DNA of 64,000 nt from Oikopleura dioica (GCA_907165135.1 OU015566.1:5518001-5582000), one strand, 5' to 3'. Positions 22,194 to 37,100 are shown, counted from the stretch's first letter. Notes: generated by a model not told the origin, from the sequence alone. A program made the numbers and translations.

Positions 22194-25100
22194 TCAAGGC
22201 AAATATAAGGGACCAGCAGTGATTGTAGGAAGGTACTCGTCGATTGATCTTCGTTTTCTTCCGCTGGAACAATCGATGACGCAATTTTCAACGCTAGAAG
22301 GAAGGTAAAGAACTCCTCTTGATTGTTACCTCGAGTCGCAGACGTTTACATCGCAGTGGAGGAAAAGTGTTGAAGCGTCAAGGAACTTGAAGGAGTTCAT
22401 CCTAAATCTCGCAAAGCTCTCTTCGCCATTTTCGAAGATTTCCAAAGTGTCAGCGGCGATTTCGTCATTGTTGCCGCAGAAGTGGTCGATGAATGAATAG
22501 GAGAGTGTGTCTTGAGGATCGTCGCTGAAATTCATATTTTTAACGAAAAAGAGTGCTCGAAATATACGTGGAGGTGGCCCAGCAGCGGTTGAGTTGAAGT
22601 TTGAAGTTGTCGCCAGCTGATTCTAGCGCAGTTTTGACGAAGAAAGGCTGCGGAACGGAAATGGTTTCATTGACCGCGAAATGATCGCTTTAATGTCTTT
22701 CAAAACGGCTCTATCGGTAATAATAAAAATAGCTTTGAAAAACATTCCTGAAAGCGTCGTCTTTGAATAGGTCGATGCTCAGGTCGAAGTTACCGGTCGT
22801 TTCGCCCAAATCGACAGTGAAATGATAGAGCGAGGTCAAAATCGGGCCTAAGTCGACTCTGATCAGCCGCTCGAAAACACAAGCCAAATCGACTTTCAAT
22901 CTTCTTTGACGACTAATCCCTCCATATTTGGCGCCAGCGACGCCTTGAATAGAGCTCTTGATAGTGATGTGAGTCGCATTGTAGACGATCTCGTTCCCAC
23001 AGTCGGCGATTTTTCCCTGCTGTCCGAAGTGATACTCGTCGTTGATAAATGTTCCATTGCAAGCGCTGTCCACGGCTCCACTGGTCGCTGCATTTGGCCC
23101 GCTCAAGGAGGCAGCAGAAGGATTCATGTTTAATTTCTCAAAGACACAGCTGTGGATAGAGATACCGAAATGGTCCGGGCTGCATTTTGCCGAGCTCTTA
23201 TTCGAAGTTATTTTACACAAAGATCAGAAGCTTCCTACTTGTAAGTTAATGTCGCCAGAATCACAAGGAGTGCTTCCCGCAGACGAAGTTGTTGTTGTCG
23301 TTGGTTGTTGAGTGGTTGTTGTTGTAGCTAGAAGATTGATTCTGAATTAGCAGATTCTGTTTTGATCAGAATCTCGACTTTTGTTCTCTCGAAATTTTTT
23401 ACTTACGCGGTAGAATCACATTCTCTTTCGGTGAAAGAAAAAAGGTCATTTTAAAATTTGTTCGATTATATTCCAATAGATATCGCATCTCGATATATTT
23501 GCGATAATTGTTATCTACTTACTTGTAGTCGTTGTTGTCGATGTAGTTGTGCTTGTTGTTGAAGTTGTTGTTGTTGCTAAAAGATTGTTCTTGTGTTAAC
23601 GAATTCTGTGACCAGAATTTCTCGTCTTTTTTTCAAGATTTTTTTTCTCATGAAAAATGCCTTGCATTTTGATATTTGTTTGATTTTTACCATGTGATCA
23701 GACTTACCATTTTCGAAACCGCATGAGAACTCAGAGAAGACTTCAATCGTTTCGTTGATTTTGCCAGTGACGGCGTTGGTATAGACAATGTGAGTGCCGT
23801 TGTGACTCTTCTCCATTCCACAAGCGTCGTAGCCGTAAAGAGTGAATTTATAGTCGGCGCCAGTCTGGTAGTCGAGTTTCCCAACGCATGTGTTCAAACC
23901 AGATGCTTTAATGGGGCTAAATTCATCTGTTTATGAATGATTCAAAGTCAAAAAGTCAAACCCATTGTAGGAAAGATCGACTCCGTTGATCGCCAAATTT
24001 TTGAGTCTCAGTCCCAATCGATGCATCACACACTTGTCGACTTTTACATTAATCTCGTCATAGTCACATGAGAATTTCAAATGGTCAGCAATGTTGATCT
24101 GAATTTTTACCGGAATTCAAACTCCTTGAATGAAAAGTGAAGCTCACCTGATCTGGCTCGGGCATCGATGCCAAATCGCATTCGCAGCCGTGCCCAGGGC
24201 TGCAAGAGCCGAAAGATCCGCACTCCGTAGTTTCTCGTTCACGACACTTTGGCGAAGTAGACAGAAGCCCCCCAGCGTCTTCGCATGGGAGAGTACAGAT
24301 GACAGAGCAGTTGTCGTTCCATATTTCCTGAATGTCGAAGCCTTCTCCTTCAACGACCTCGCATTTCTCGCCTCCCTCATTATCGGTATTGGCCAAGAAC
24401 TCGTGTGAAGAGGAGAAAACTGCTGACACCGTGGCATTCAAATCAAAATCAGCAGGGAACTCGATGCTGAACTGAAACTCCACCGATTTGTCGGTGTTGT
24501 TTACTTGGAAAGCATCAAAAGTAGCGAAGCCAGTTCCAGGTACAAAGGGAACTCTGTCGACTCCAGTTATTTCTCCTGTCTCTCCGTCTTTTAAGGAAAC
24601 AAGGCAAGTAGCTGGATTGAGAGGGAATCCTACAACAGTCATCATTTCTCCATTCTGATCGAGAACGTGCAAAACGAAAGATTTTATATCATTTTGCTCG
24701 ACCTGGAGTCCGGTCGGTTCTTGATCCAGAATAAGCGTAGTTGGCACCTTGTAGACAATAGGCTCGGCTGCAGTGTCTTTGGCCGCTTGTTTTTCATTCG
24801 CTTTTTCTTCCGCAGTCTTTGCTGTTTCCAAGTCGATTTCACCGTCTGAAACAGCCAAAATCTGATCACGAAGGGAATCAAGGTCGATGTCTCCTGATTC
24901 GTCCAATTCAATTGTCCCTTCGTCTAGGCCGAGTTTGTCAATGATGCTTTCACCGACTGGGTTGTCCGCATCAAACCACTCTGGGAGATCTTCACTGAGT
25001 GTTGGTGGATCAGCCATGCCAACAGCCACCTCGCCAACAGAAACGCTTGAATCCTGATCGACGACTGCTGCTGCTACAGCCGCTCCAAGAGGATTTCCTT

Positions 25101-28100
25101 CTTCGAGTGATTTTTTGGCTAATAGGGCGCCAAGATCATTCAGTGCAGCGATCTCAGCCTCCTCTTTTTCCAAATCTTCTTCATCAAGCTCGTTGTCGCC
25201 ATCTTCTGGCCTTTCATCATTGCTTGCAATTTCAAACTGAATAGAGGAGCTTTCTGAATTGCCAGCTCGACGAAGGCGCGGGTTGCCAAAGAAATGCAGA
25301 CCAGATGATTCTCGTCGTTTTCTTCGCTCCTCAGAAGTTTCACGAATGACATTTACAATTTTCACTCGACTCGGTGAAATTCCTAGAAGGGCGGCAATGT
25401 TAATAGCAATGTTACCATTGTCGTAGAACTCGTCGTCTGTCAACTGAGTCGTTACGTCCAACTCGAGAATCAGCGTTGACTTGAGCTGAAGTCCGTAGAT
25501 GTGACCTGTCTCGAGAATCATGTGGATAGCTTGCTCTTGTCGATCGAAAAATTTGATCCCGGCTCGCTGTGAGGCCCGTCAAGAGAAGGAAGATGAATTT
25601 CTCTTCGAGGTCGATCCCACTGGATTTCGTCGCCAACGTAGTGTGCGTTAGTTGGAATCATATAGATGCCGTCTTGCTTGAGGTCCAATCTATTCGGCTT
25701 CAGCGTAATGAACCTCACATGAATCTTGCACTTCTGATCATTGTAGTCCGGCAAATGGAAGTTCATTCGCTTCGGAATCGTTGAAGTGAAGGAATAGTCG
25801 TACTGATGGCCACAGGCTTGGTGAGTCCAAAAAGTGCTCAAGCGAATCATACAAGCATAGCCAATGCAATTAGAGTGATCTGCTGGCCCGTTGACGATGT
25901 CAATGTAGCCCGTGTCGGATCGAATTGCCAAGGGCGCTATTCTTCGGACCATGTGATCCACGTCCATGAATTGGAAATTCATCATTATCATTTTCAGCGA
26001 GTCTGTGCAATGCCACGCTGGAATGGAAGCATCGTAAACGCAGTTTTCATCACGAATGACTCCCTTTTCTGGCGCATACTCTTCAACGGTGAGTTTCTGG
26101 CCGTCGAGAGTTGTCAACATGCCTTTCGGAATTCGGTAATCTCCCAGTCCAGGACGAGTGTCAGTGTACGTCGTTCCATTTCTGGTGACTCCTTCCCATG
26201 CATATTCAGCCTCGGAGTGGAGGAAGCCCGGACTGCCGAGAAGGTCGCCAGTTTCATCGATAACAAGTTGTTTCTTGTGGCCATCGCAATGAAGATCGCC
26301 ACAGGATCCGATGTTGACATAGCGAGTTTTTGGTCTAAAGAACTTTGCGACTTTGCTCAGTGTAGCCACATTACTGTCGAAAGTATTTCCCTGTTTGAAA
26401 TAAGTCGGGTGCGAATAGTCTTCCATTTCTCGGTTCGCACTGAAAATAACATCCTTATCGCCACATCTTCCATTAAATTTAGTAAAAGCATTTGCCAAGA
26501 CACATGTTCGTCCGTAGATTGCTGGAATCTTCACAAACGCTTTGTACATCGGTTTTCCTGGCCATCTATTGTGGCCAACCAAGAAGTCGCTTCCGACGAT
26601 AGCAGCATGGTCACGTGGACTGCTCGTTCCTGGAAAGAACGTTTCGTGCATGTTGCCAATTTGTGAAACTTCATTGTCGACATCGCATTCCCAATGCTCT
26701 GATCGGCCGATAATAATGTTATTTTTATAAGTTATTGATGCTTTTGGGTCGAATTTCCATGCTGTAGCATCCGGTCCTGCGTGGACAGTGTAAAGCGCGT
26801 TAGAATTGTCGACTAATACATTGTCAGAAACCACTTGCCGCTGTGTCTTTGATTGAAAGTAAACCGCAGTGGTTGCATGATGAATGAAGAATCCTGATAC
26901 TTTTTGGCATCGGTATAGTTCCTGCTTCAGAATGTAATAGCCAACAATACATCCGCTGCCAACATTTCCGAAAACGTTTGGATCGCTCTCGTAGACATCG
27001 GCAGTGCATTCTTCGAGATCGCCAATGCAACTCTCACCAACACCATGGTAGCAAGGACCCATAACACCTGCAATATGGTTATTTTTCATCGTCAACCTCT
27101 GAGCGTCTTTGAAATCAATTCCAGCTGGAATCAAGGATGTATCAAGTTCTGAATTTAAGCCGTTTACGTAAGCATAAACAGATCGGTCCCAAATAGAAGC
27201 GATGGCGTTGTTTTCGACAACAGCATCGTTTCCTAAAACGCGGATACCATCTTCAGGTGCGCCAACGATGACGTTGTCTTTCATTTCTAGACCGTGAACG
27301 TCTATTCCGGAACCGATAGCAGTATTAAGGCCATGGAAGAAGGAACAACCGCGAACGTATGATTGCTTTCGATCTCCACTTGCAGTGGGGTCGACATTGT
27401 AAAACAAGAGCTGGAATCGCGAGTCCTCTTCGTTGGTGTAGCCGTACTGCCCCATTTGTTTGAATTGGACGTAGCTGAACTGTCCATAGCCAGATCGGAA
27501 AATGGTGTCCTTCTCTGTTTTTTCAACAGTGCTGGCGACGAGGACTCGTCCTCCGAGCACAGCGTTAGCACCGTCACTGCCATCAATGATGATATTTCTC
27601 GTCAGAAGCATGACGGGAGTACCGAGGTGATATCCATCCGCATCTTCCAGATTTGTCTCGATTCCGAAGTGACGAAACTGCGCAGTCTGATTCAGTGTGT
27701 AAGTTCTTGCTTGTTTTGCAGTTATTGAAAAAAACTCGACTTCTCTTTGATCGAAATTGCTAGATGCGATTGCAATTTCTTCACCAATCTTCCAGTCGGC
27801 GTCTTCACTCAGTGTTATTGTGTTTTCGCCAGGTTGGACTGTTGTTGCAAGATACGTCCAGGTTTTGTCTCTCGGACAGCCGTGCATTTCAAGTGAACCA
27901 TACCCGCCAATTGCTTTGGCTCCGATAGGAATTGAGTTTCCAAGTGCTCCGAACTCTTCTGCTTCAGTATAGTTAGCCATGAGACGGATCGTTACTTTTT
28001 TGTCGCAGGGAACCGGGTTTTCGGCAGTTCCGATGACTAGTTTTCCGATGTTCTGATCGATCAAATCTCGACGTCGGCGAGATTTGCCCCAGGTCGTTTC

Positions 28101-31100
28101 CGAAATTCCAGTATTAACAATAATCGACTCAACTTCAATTTCAATATCATCCTCAATATTTTCAATAATGAGCTCTCCATCAACTAAAAGTTTAGTTGCT
28201 TTGAGAACATTCGGCCTTTCCGGATCTCGGAGATCGTCAGGAATTGATGAAAGCCTGACCTTTCGCTTCTCGCCGATAAATACGTTCGTCTCGTTGTTAC
28301 CGTCCCATCCTGGAACTGTAAATGTCTCTTCGCAGCCGGGCTCACCGATCATGCATTCAATCGTGGCTTCAGTCGTTGTTGTTGTCGGCGGCTGGACTGT
28401 TGTAGTTGGTTCTTCGCATTGAGGATAGAAACACTTGTACATCTTCAGCGACCATTCCGCCGTTCGGCCATGAGTTCCATCGCCATAGGCGTCTACTTCA
28501 TATTTATCCGGGTAAATTCCTTTCGTGCTAGAAATTATTGGATTCTTCAGACCCCTAAGCATGTAAGTCAGTTTGTATCGCTTCGTCGTAAGGAATTCTT
28601 CGTCCGATGTAATGTGATAATCGAGATTGTTGTGACTCTCATTTGTGATCGAAGGAATTTCGTCGAGTTTAACGCCAAGGTTAGTGTAGTCAATGCGCTG
28701 ATGGAACTCGTGCGCAATATGGAGGTAATCATTCTTCTCTAAAAACAACATTTCAGCCGAATAAGTTATGTTGGTGATGTACTCGAATCCTTCGAAAGAA
28801 AGAATATGCTCTTGGCCTTGATTGAGTAGCATCATCCATCCTTTTTCGATCGGTCTGCAGACTCGGTAAGGAGAATAAGCAACGCCATAAGGCGAAACGA
28901 CACGACCTTGAGCGCCTTCTATTGACTTAGGATAAACCCCATGGAACGGAAACCTGTGTGGTTTGAATTTTCCGCCGGCGTATGGACAGACTTGAATAGG
29001 GTATAATATCGACTTTGCGTTGACTCCCTCAGGTCCTGGCCAAACAGAGGTGCAATGATTCGGGTCGTATGCATCCGAATGAGGCACGACGTAGACTTCT
29101 TCGCCGCCATTTTCAGTAAATGATCCATCGATGTCACGAATGGCGTACTCGTGCTCCCACTGAGTTGTCAGTTTTCTTGGTGAATTCGTCCAACGAACAT
29201 TTGTGTACCAGGTTAGAGCAGCACATTCGAATGTATCGGAGCCATAGCAAGGGTTGACAGCTGTACAGTAGCCATTGAAAGTTCCTGGCTTTGATGGACC
29301 GGGCTCATCAAAGTTGAAAAAATGAATGTCATGGACTGTGAAGGCAAACTCCATCCATGGAGTTTCGATTCCCATGGAACCACAGCTATTCACGTGTGGA
29401 TCATGTTTCATGCTTCCGATCACAATCGAACGAACGAATGCTTGAACATTTCCAGGGCAGTCGACGCCTGGACAAACGCCGAATGAAGAGAGGTACGATT
29501 CCTTACCAGCAAGGTTGGAAATGAAGTTATCAGATGCGATAAAATTGTGGAACTGGATGGCACCACCGGTGGTGATTTCAGCTCCTCGCTCGTTATTCCA
29601 AGTGTGGAGTCCGTAAACAGAGTTTCTGTCGACCCCTTCGGGCATTATTGCATTTTCTGGAATCTCACCAATTTTAAGCGCTTTAGGAGCACTTTCTCCA
29701 CAATCGCCGTTCGGTCCAGTCGGAGTAAGGTCGACAAAGACCCAAAGGCCGTATTTCCCAGAAGAGTGGACTGTGTTATTCCAGAATTCCCCGAGAGGGC
29801 GGTTCTTGCAGCAAATTGTATTTGTTGCAGATGGGCCAGTCGGATGTTTTGGCGAGTTATACCAGTAGCCGAAGTGGGTAGAGCCAGCTACAGCGTTGTG
29901 GCGGATGATGTTGTTCGGATTCGGCATCCAGAAGGACGAAGGAATAGCATCAATATTCAAAAGAGAAGAGGATTTTTTAGTCATCACTGCTAAATTGTAC
30001 TGCACAATATTGTCTTCTTCGATGCCATCTTCCAGGAAAAACGTTAAACCCATGACGTTAAAAGCAACATTGTGTTCAACAAGAAGATTGTGAACTCCGT
30101 GCATTGTCACAGCTCGATTGAAGCTTTCGTGAACGCTATTGCCTCGAGCATAAGTATTCGTATCAACCAAGTCACCTGTCATATGGAAATGAATTGGATA
30201 TCGGCCTAACCGGAAAGCTTGTCCGACGAAATTGAACTCGACGAATTCGATTCGAGCGGAATCGACCATATGCATAAATAAATGCCCTCCGAGCTGATCA
30301 GAGCCGACTTCGTGTCCATATCTGTTCTGAAAGCAAGTCTGGGTGCTATTAATTTTGTCGAAAGCGGTTCCGATTCCAAGCTCACATTCGTCCAGCTCCT
30401 CGACCCAGTCTAAGTTTCGATTTCCCTGGAAAAGCACATTCTTCGACAAAAGACCAACTTCAGCTCTTTGGCAGATTGTTCCCGCCCAGTCAAAACCATC
30501 TGAGCACTCGGCCATGTGGCGGTATTTTAGAGTATCATTCAAAGTCAATGTGTAGCCGTCAGCACTCACTGCTGAAATATAAGCAGTTTCGGAATGATGA
30601 AGATGCATCCGGTCACCAGTTGTTGCGATGATAACTTGATCTCCTGCAACCCAATCGTTTGCGACAGGATGAGTTAACTTAATTGTGTCGTCACCGACCT
30701 CAGCAGTTTCATCCATATGAGTCCATGAAGTGTGAACGCGGCAACCATGGAGGTCGATCGTTCCACGGCGAACTGCGAACACCTTAGCGCCGTAGATCGG
30801 GAGCTCGACAGACCGTTGATGGCCATACATCGTAATTGTTGCGTCAAAGGGAATTGAACGGTCACCAGTTGGATCGCAGAAAGGTTCGTCTTCGGTTCCG
30901 ATTTCAAAGTGTCCACCATTTGTCACGACTGCGTATTCTGTCTTGAGCTCGATGCCGTGAACTCGGTCCCAAATAACAGTTCCTCCGTCAACAATCAGAA
31001 CAGCAAGAATAGGCGTCGATTCATCAAGCAGAATCACTTTTCCTTCAGGAATGACGACAATGTCGCCTGCCATCGGTTTGCAACTGCCATCTGTGCAACC

Positions 31101-34100
31101 CCAAGTAAACGTGCTCGACCATCTGTCGACGTACCAGAATTTTAGATCGTCGGAGCTGAAAACACCGTTGCCAAAATTAACGAATTCAATCTTTGGCTGA
31201 ACTGGTATGTTGAGGCCACTGTAAGCTTCCGTCTCACAAATAAGCTCCGAGAAAGTTCTCGAAAGAGTTATGCAGACGATACCATGAATTGAGACAAGGG
31301 CGTCTTCACCTGCATCTAAGTTTGAGCCAGTAAATGTGATTCTAGTGCCACCAGCTGAACCGCCTTTAGTGGGGCTGAAACCAGAAATAAGGGGAGTCTT
31401 GGTTATATCGACGTAAATGCTCGCTTCTGCAGAAATGATAGAACCCGTCGATTTATCAGTTACTGAGAGTCGAACAACAACGATTCCAGATTGCGTAACA
31501 TGATCAAGATCTTCGAAAATGCAGGTCATCTGGGTTCCTTCAGCGTTGACTGCTTGAATTAAGCAGTCGATTCCGTCGACAAGAACAGCGGAGTTTTCAG
31601 CACTAAACCCGGCGCCGAAAAGAGTTATCGGTTGTCCTCCAGACTGACCAATAGACGCAGGCGAAACTGTATCGAGAGAAAGAGAAAAATCAACATCCAC
31701 CTTTCCAGAGAAATATCCCGTGGCTGAATCTCTTACCCGAAGACTGTAAGAACCAGCTGAAACCGAAGGCATGATGACTGTCAAAGAATCGCCGGAACAA
31801 GAACCAGAAAGCTCGTGGAAAATCTCGACTGGATTGACACCAGATTCTTTGTGGTGTCCTGGGTTGCCGCATTGAAGGTCGAAATTTATCCCCGAAAGTG
31901 TTGCATCATCATACAAAAGGCCAGTTAGAATTTGTCCATAGAATTTATCATGAGAAAAGTTTTCTCGAAGGTAGTAATTGCTCTGACTCAAGCGATAACG
32001 TCCGTCAAGCTGCAGGTGTTTTTGCCAGCGAGCGCAATCAGCAAGTTGGCGATTTACTACAATTACTGGTAGGTTATCAGCATTAGGGTCTCCATCTTCG
32101 ATTTCAAAACACTCATAATCGCTGTCTTGGTTTTTGTTGTTGGCGTGCTTGAAAATCGCGACACCGTCGGCGAATTCAGCGAAACCAAGTTGAGTGTTTT
32201 TTCGGTTCTGTTCAAAGCTATCATGATTAGATTGAAGGACAAATGAATCTAACGTTCGGCCGATTATAGCGCCACTCTCTGTGACAACTTGACAGATTTG
32301 CTGATCCTTCATCGCGCAATTCGGCACAGCACACTGGATCCATGCGGGCTCACTTTGGCCTTGTTCGACTTCAGTTGAAATATAACAGAAAGGTCCTTGA
32401 CTTCGGAAGTCGGGATTACGGCACGAGTTTCCAGCAAGATCCAAATTGGCTTCTGAGGTTGATCCTGGAATCGAAGGCACTTCTGCCCAGTTGACGCAAT
32501 CATGACCTTCAGAATGAACGAGATCGCCCCTATAGTACTGTCCTCTGTCTGAAAAGCAATCTTGTTCATCGTAAGACTCGCACACGATTTGATGAGTATT
32601 TGAGCAAGGAACAAATTTCAGCTGCGCGGAACCTACATGGTAAACAAGACAGGAATCTACAGATGGGAAAGTGACCTGGTCTGTCCATGCAACCGCAGTG
32701 CCGTCTAAGTCGTGAGTGAGCGAGTTGTCAGTCGCCGAGTATTTTATGTTCAAGAAAATATTCCCGCTCTCGGTAGAAAGAACATTTGTTATTTCTTCCA
32801 CGGACTCGAATTTCGCAAGATTCCAAAGAAAGTTTTCTCCCTCAGCAAAACAGTTGCTTTCCGCGACTGCGCTCAGTTCCTGTGGATCTTTTATTTCAAA
32901 CTTAGAACATGAGAAACCATCTCCGCGATAGATTCCCTGGCAAACGCAACTATATTGGATTCCATCGAGATTTGGCACGCATTCAGCTGCATAATGACAG
33001 TTGTGAACTCCTTCCGCGCAAGGACTCATGTTCAATACCAGATCAACTCGAAGTGAGCTAGAACATGTTCCAGTTGGCAGCTCAAGAGAAATTGAGTCGC
33101 CAGCGGAGAGATCACTCACGTCAGAGAAAGTCGTCGGGCTCTCGTTGCCAACTTCGACGAAAGTAAAGTCAAATTTGAACGAATCGTGATCAATAAACTC
33201 ATGTTCAATTTCTATCGAGGCAGCGCCTGTTATTCTACCAGAAGGCATTGAAAAGACCAATTTATCGCCAATAGAAATAATTGGACATCGAGAGCATATG
33301 ATTCCTCCACTTTGTGTAACAGTTATTGAAATATCTTCGGACCAACCATATCCGGAGACTGTGACATGCTGCCCGCCGTTAACCGATCCGGAAGTTGGAG
33401 TTATTGATTCAGCAACAAAGAGAGCATTGACTCTGACAAGTGGTGCCACATAGATTATTCCATCATCAGCAGTTCCGCTTATTGAGTACGAGCCGGCAGC
33501 AAGAATAGGAGCATCGCATGTTTGAGAATTGGTGTTTCCTGAGCACCCACTTACCATTTGCCCATCGATTGTTATTTGAGCACCATCCAAATTGACCCCG
33601 TTGAATGTTATTTGGGAAGTGTCGTGACTGATTCCAGAGGCGGGTGTGAACGATGTGATTTGAGGAGTAGCGGACAAACTGGCATAAACTGGGATCTCAT
33701 CGATGTCGAAGGAATTGTCAACATTGTAGAAATCATTGTCATGACGAAAAAAGATCGCCAAGTTCACTTGTCTATCAGCGATCTCTCCCCACATTTCAGG
33801 AGCCTGACAAATTATTTCAGTGTAGGTCAGGGACAATATATCACAACGATAGGCAGGGTCCTTTCCAAGATGAACTTCTGTTTCAACAGAAATAACATCG
33901 TCAGTTTCGAGAAGATTTTTGTCTTGAGCGATAAATCCAGCACCAGTCATCGTTAATTGCCAGCCTCCTTTAACACCGACTGAAGTTGCACTGACAGCTG
34001 TTGTAACAGGCTTAATTTTGAAACTTTTTGAACCATCATAGCTATTGTAGTAAGCTCGTCCACGCCCAGCTAGGACAAAATCGAATTGGTACTGCACTAA

Positions 34101-37100
34101 CGGGTCCATCACATTGTTGTGTTCGATTGCGTATGTGCCACTGATACCTTCTGACGCTTTGTAGAAGTTGTTTTTCGGATAAATTGCATTGCCCAATCGT
34201 TGAGAAGCAGTAAAGTGCGCCTGTGTTGTACAATCTCCGGATGTCTCGAAATTCGTTATCGTCAAATTTGCCTCCATAAATGGAGTCGACGGCCCATTCG
34301 CCACCCACTGGTCTACCACAGGTGTAAACGCCCAGGAATAAATGATCGAGTGCTTTTCCAATGCACCGTCAAATGATGAGGCACTGTTTGTCGTCGTCAC
34401 GCTACAAGCGCCGAGCTCAGATGCTCCGTCATCAGAACCATCAAGAACAGGAGGAGTGCCAATATGCGCCGCGATATGTGGCCATTTCTCATTCACTTCG
34501 CCCCATTGTCGATCAGAGAAGCTGTCTGTGAAAATGACTTCTAACCATTCAGGTCGCTCGACAGCTTCTTCGACAATTACTACTCCATTTAGCCAGGTGC
34601 TCCAGGCGTTGTCAATGTATCCGGTCGAATAATGATAAGTCCCGGGCTCTGTAAAGAGGCGGAGAAAATCTCCCGTCGATTCTATTATCAGTGGACTCCA
34701 GATTTTATCGTCTGAGGAAGCTTCATCACAATTCGGCACATCGCATTCTTGAAATTGCATCCTTGGTGCGTACCCGTTAACCGTGAATGACCATTTGAAG
34801 CGAACAGCTTCGCCAGCTTTGATTCTTACTGTTTCGAAGTTGCTTCCTGTGCTCATCGAAATTGGCTCGTTTATTGCGTACCCTGTTTCGCAAACAATTT
34901 TATCCGCGAATACTTCCTTGACGTTGCACTGATTTCGATCGCCACCTGAGAGCCCGCCGACAGCAAAGATCTCGACAGTTGTTTCTTCGTTGAGCTTACT
35001 GTTTGGAGTAATTGAGTCTGTAGCGAAGCCAAAGCCCGAAATTGTGATGATTCGGCCACCAGCAAGGGATGAATAGCGCGGATAGACGCCAGTTACTTCG
35101 ACTGCGTACTCGAAGTTGACTTTGTTCGAGAAACCGTTTTCTGCAGATGTTATTTGCAATTCATAAGGCCCTTGATCGAGCATAACTGTAACTGCTACAA
35201 TTTCCGTGTCAGACCAGCTTGTGATTGTCCAGTCACCAGAATTTGCTGTTCGAAAACCCAAACAACCGCGATGTGCGTATTTAGAATCAGTAAGGCAATG
35301 GTTTTCTGAGAAAAGTCCCTGAACGTCTACTCTTGATCCGTTCACTTCTGAACCGAATCCAGTTCCAGTAATAACCACGATGTCTCCACCAAGAACAGAC
35401 ACTTTTGTTCGCGACAATCCAGTGACTGTAGGCGTGGAATCGCTCGCAGTCTGGCGGCGTTTTCTGTTCGAGTCTTCAACAGGCAGCGTAATGCATTTCA
35501 TTTCAATGTAAGAAACTTCTCCAGGAATCGCGATACATTCTTGAAGAGTATCGAAAACTTCAATGACAAGTCCCTCATAAAATCCAATTCCAGTCACAGA
35601 GACGATTGAACCACCAAATATCGAGCCGGACTGAGGCGAGTACGAAGAAATCGTGAGTAAAGATTTAACTTTGACGTCAGACTTCGCGCTTCCAGAAGAT
35701 GGGTCTTTGAATAAAACTAGGTTTTCTCTACCTGGAACAGGACCAACAGTCACGGTCAATCTCGTGGCAACAAAGGGGATGACTTCTTCATGCGAGATTA
35801 TTTCGCATCTGCTTCCACCTATTTCAATATAGCTTTCAGCAGATACTCCAGTTGTTGCCGGGAAAATCACATCTACAGTGATTGTATCTCCTTCAGCGAT
35901 CACGTCCTCCTCGCCGACTGAAGTTGCGTAGACAACAGGAGTGTGATCTTCTGAGAAAGTAAATGAGCATCCATAAAGCATGTTGTCAGTCCATGTGTCA
36001 GGGTGCATTTCTTGCCGGTAGTGAGCACTACACTTAGATCTTTGGCGATTCGCGATGACAACTACTTCTGGAACTCTTTGAGGAATGGCCATCATTGATC
36101 CTTGAATTGTTGATTGATAAGGACCGCCCTGCCAAAAGTCATCATTGATCACAGAGAACGCTGCTGCGGCATCTGGATTGCGTTCCACGAATTCTACTGA
36201 TAGCGAATGCTCGGCCTTCAGCTGACCAAGATTGCCTCTATCAAGACCTTTGAAGTCAAAGTAGTAGCCATTCATACAGTCGCCAGTTTTGGTGACTTCT
36301 AAGTTTATTCTCTGAAGATGAGGCCACTGGCTTCGCAGTTCAGATTGGACTATTGAAGCAGATTGAGAATGGTCAAAAGAATAGGAGGTCTCCCCGTCGT
36401 CAATGCCGAAAGATACTCTTGTTGAAACATGAGAACAAACTGCCTCACTGATGTTGTGACTTCCAGTCAATGTGTAGCCACGACGAGAGTGCGCCAAGAA
36501 GTAACCAAGCCTCGTTTGAGTGTCATCCTCGTATCGCCCATTCTGGAAATCGCCGAGCCACTGTAAGCCGATGGAAGCATGATCGTATCCATGAATCTCG
36601 TTAAAACTAAATTCAAACAATTCTTCGCTTCCTTTCTCCATGAACAAGTCTTTCGTTTGCTGCTCATGACCTCGTGCGGTATAGTCAAAAAGCTGCTCCA
36701 AGATTCGTAATTATAAAGGGTTTCGTAAGACCCGTCCTTGTTGAATCTCAGAAGTCTCGCGTGAGCATCGTGCGAGAAAATCATTCTGTACCAACCGGTG
36801 CGAGGGACGAGGAAGAAGAATTGGCTTCGAGCAGAATAATGATCACGGTTGAATTGGCCACTCCATTTTGTTCTCTCGGAGCCTGAAAAATATGACGAGT
36901 CGATTATTTCGAAGTTAGCCGGCTCGTATTCACGATTGAAAGCCTCGTGTCCATAGGTGTAAGCATCTCGGTCATCGACATATCTTACTGAAGATCCTCT
37001 GCTTCCGGCAAATTCTCCAACGCGCTCACAACTTATAATTTCACACTCAACGATTGTATTGGAAGCAGTTGAGTTGCAGCTAGGAGTGGCGAAGAGACCA

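Noticed and set aside
25547-36691. Programmed frameshifting or U-insertion editing at the two T5 sites of PKHD1L1
   Set aside because: Other T5 and T7 runs in the same ORF are in frame, and similar deficits occur in unrelated genes; assembly error is more parsimonious
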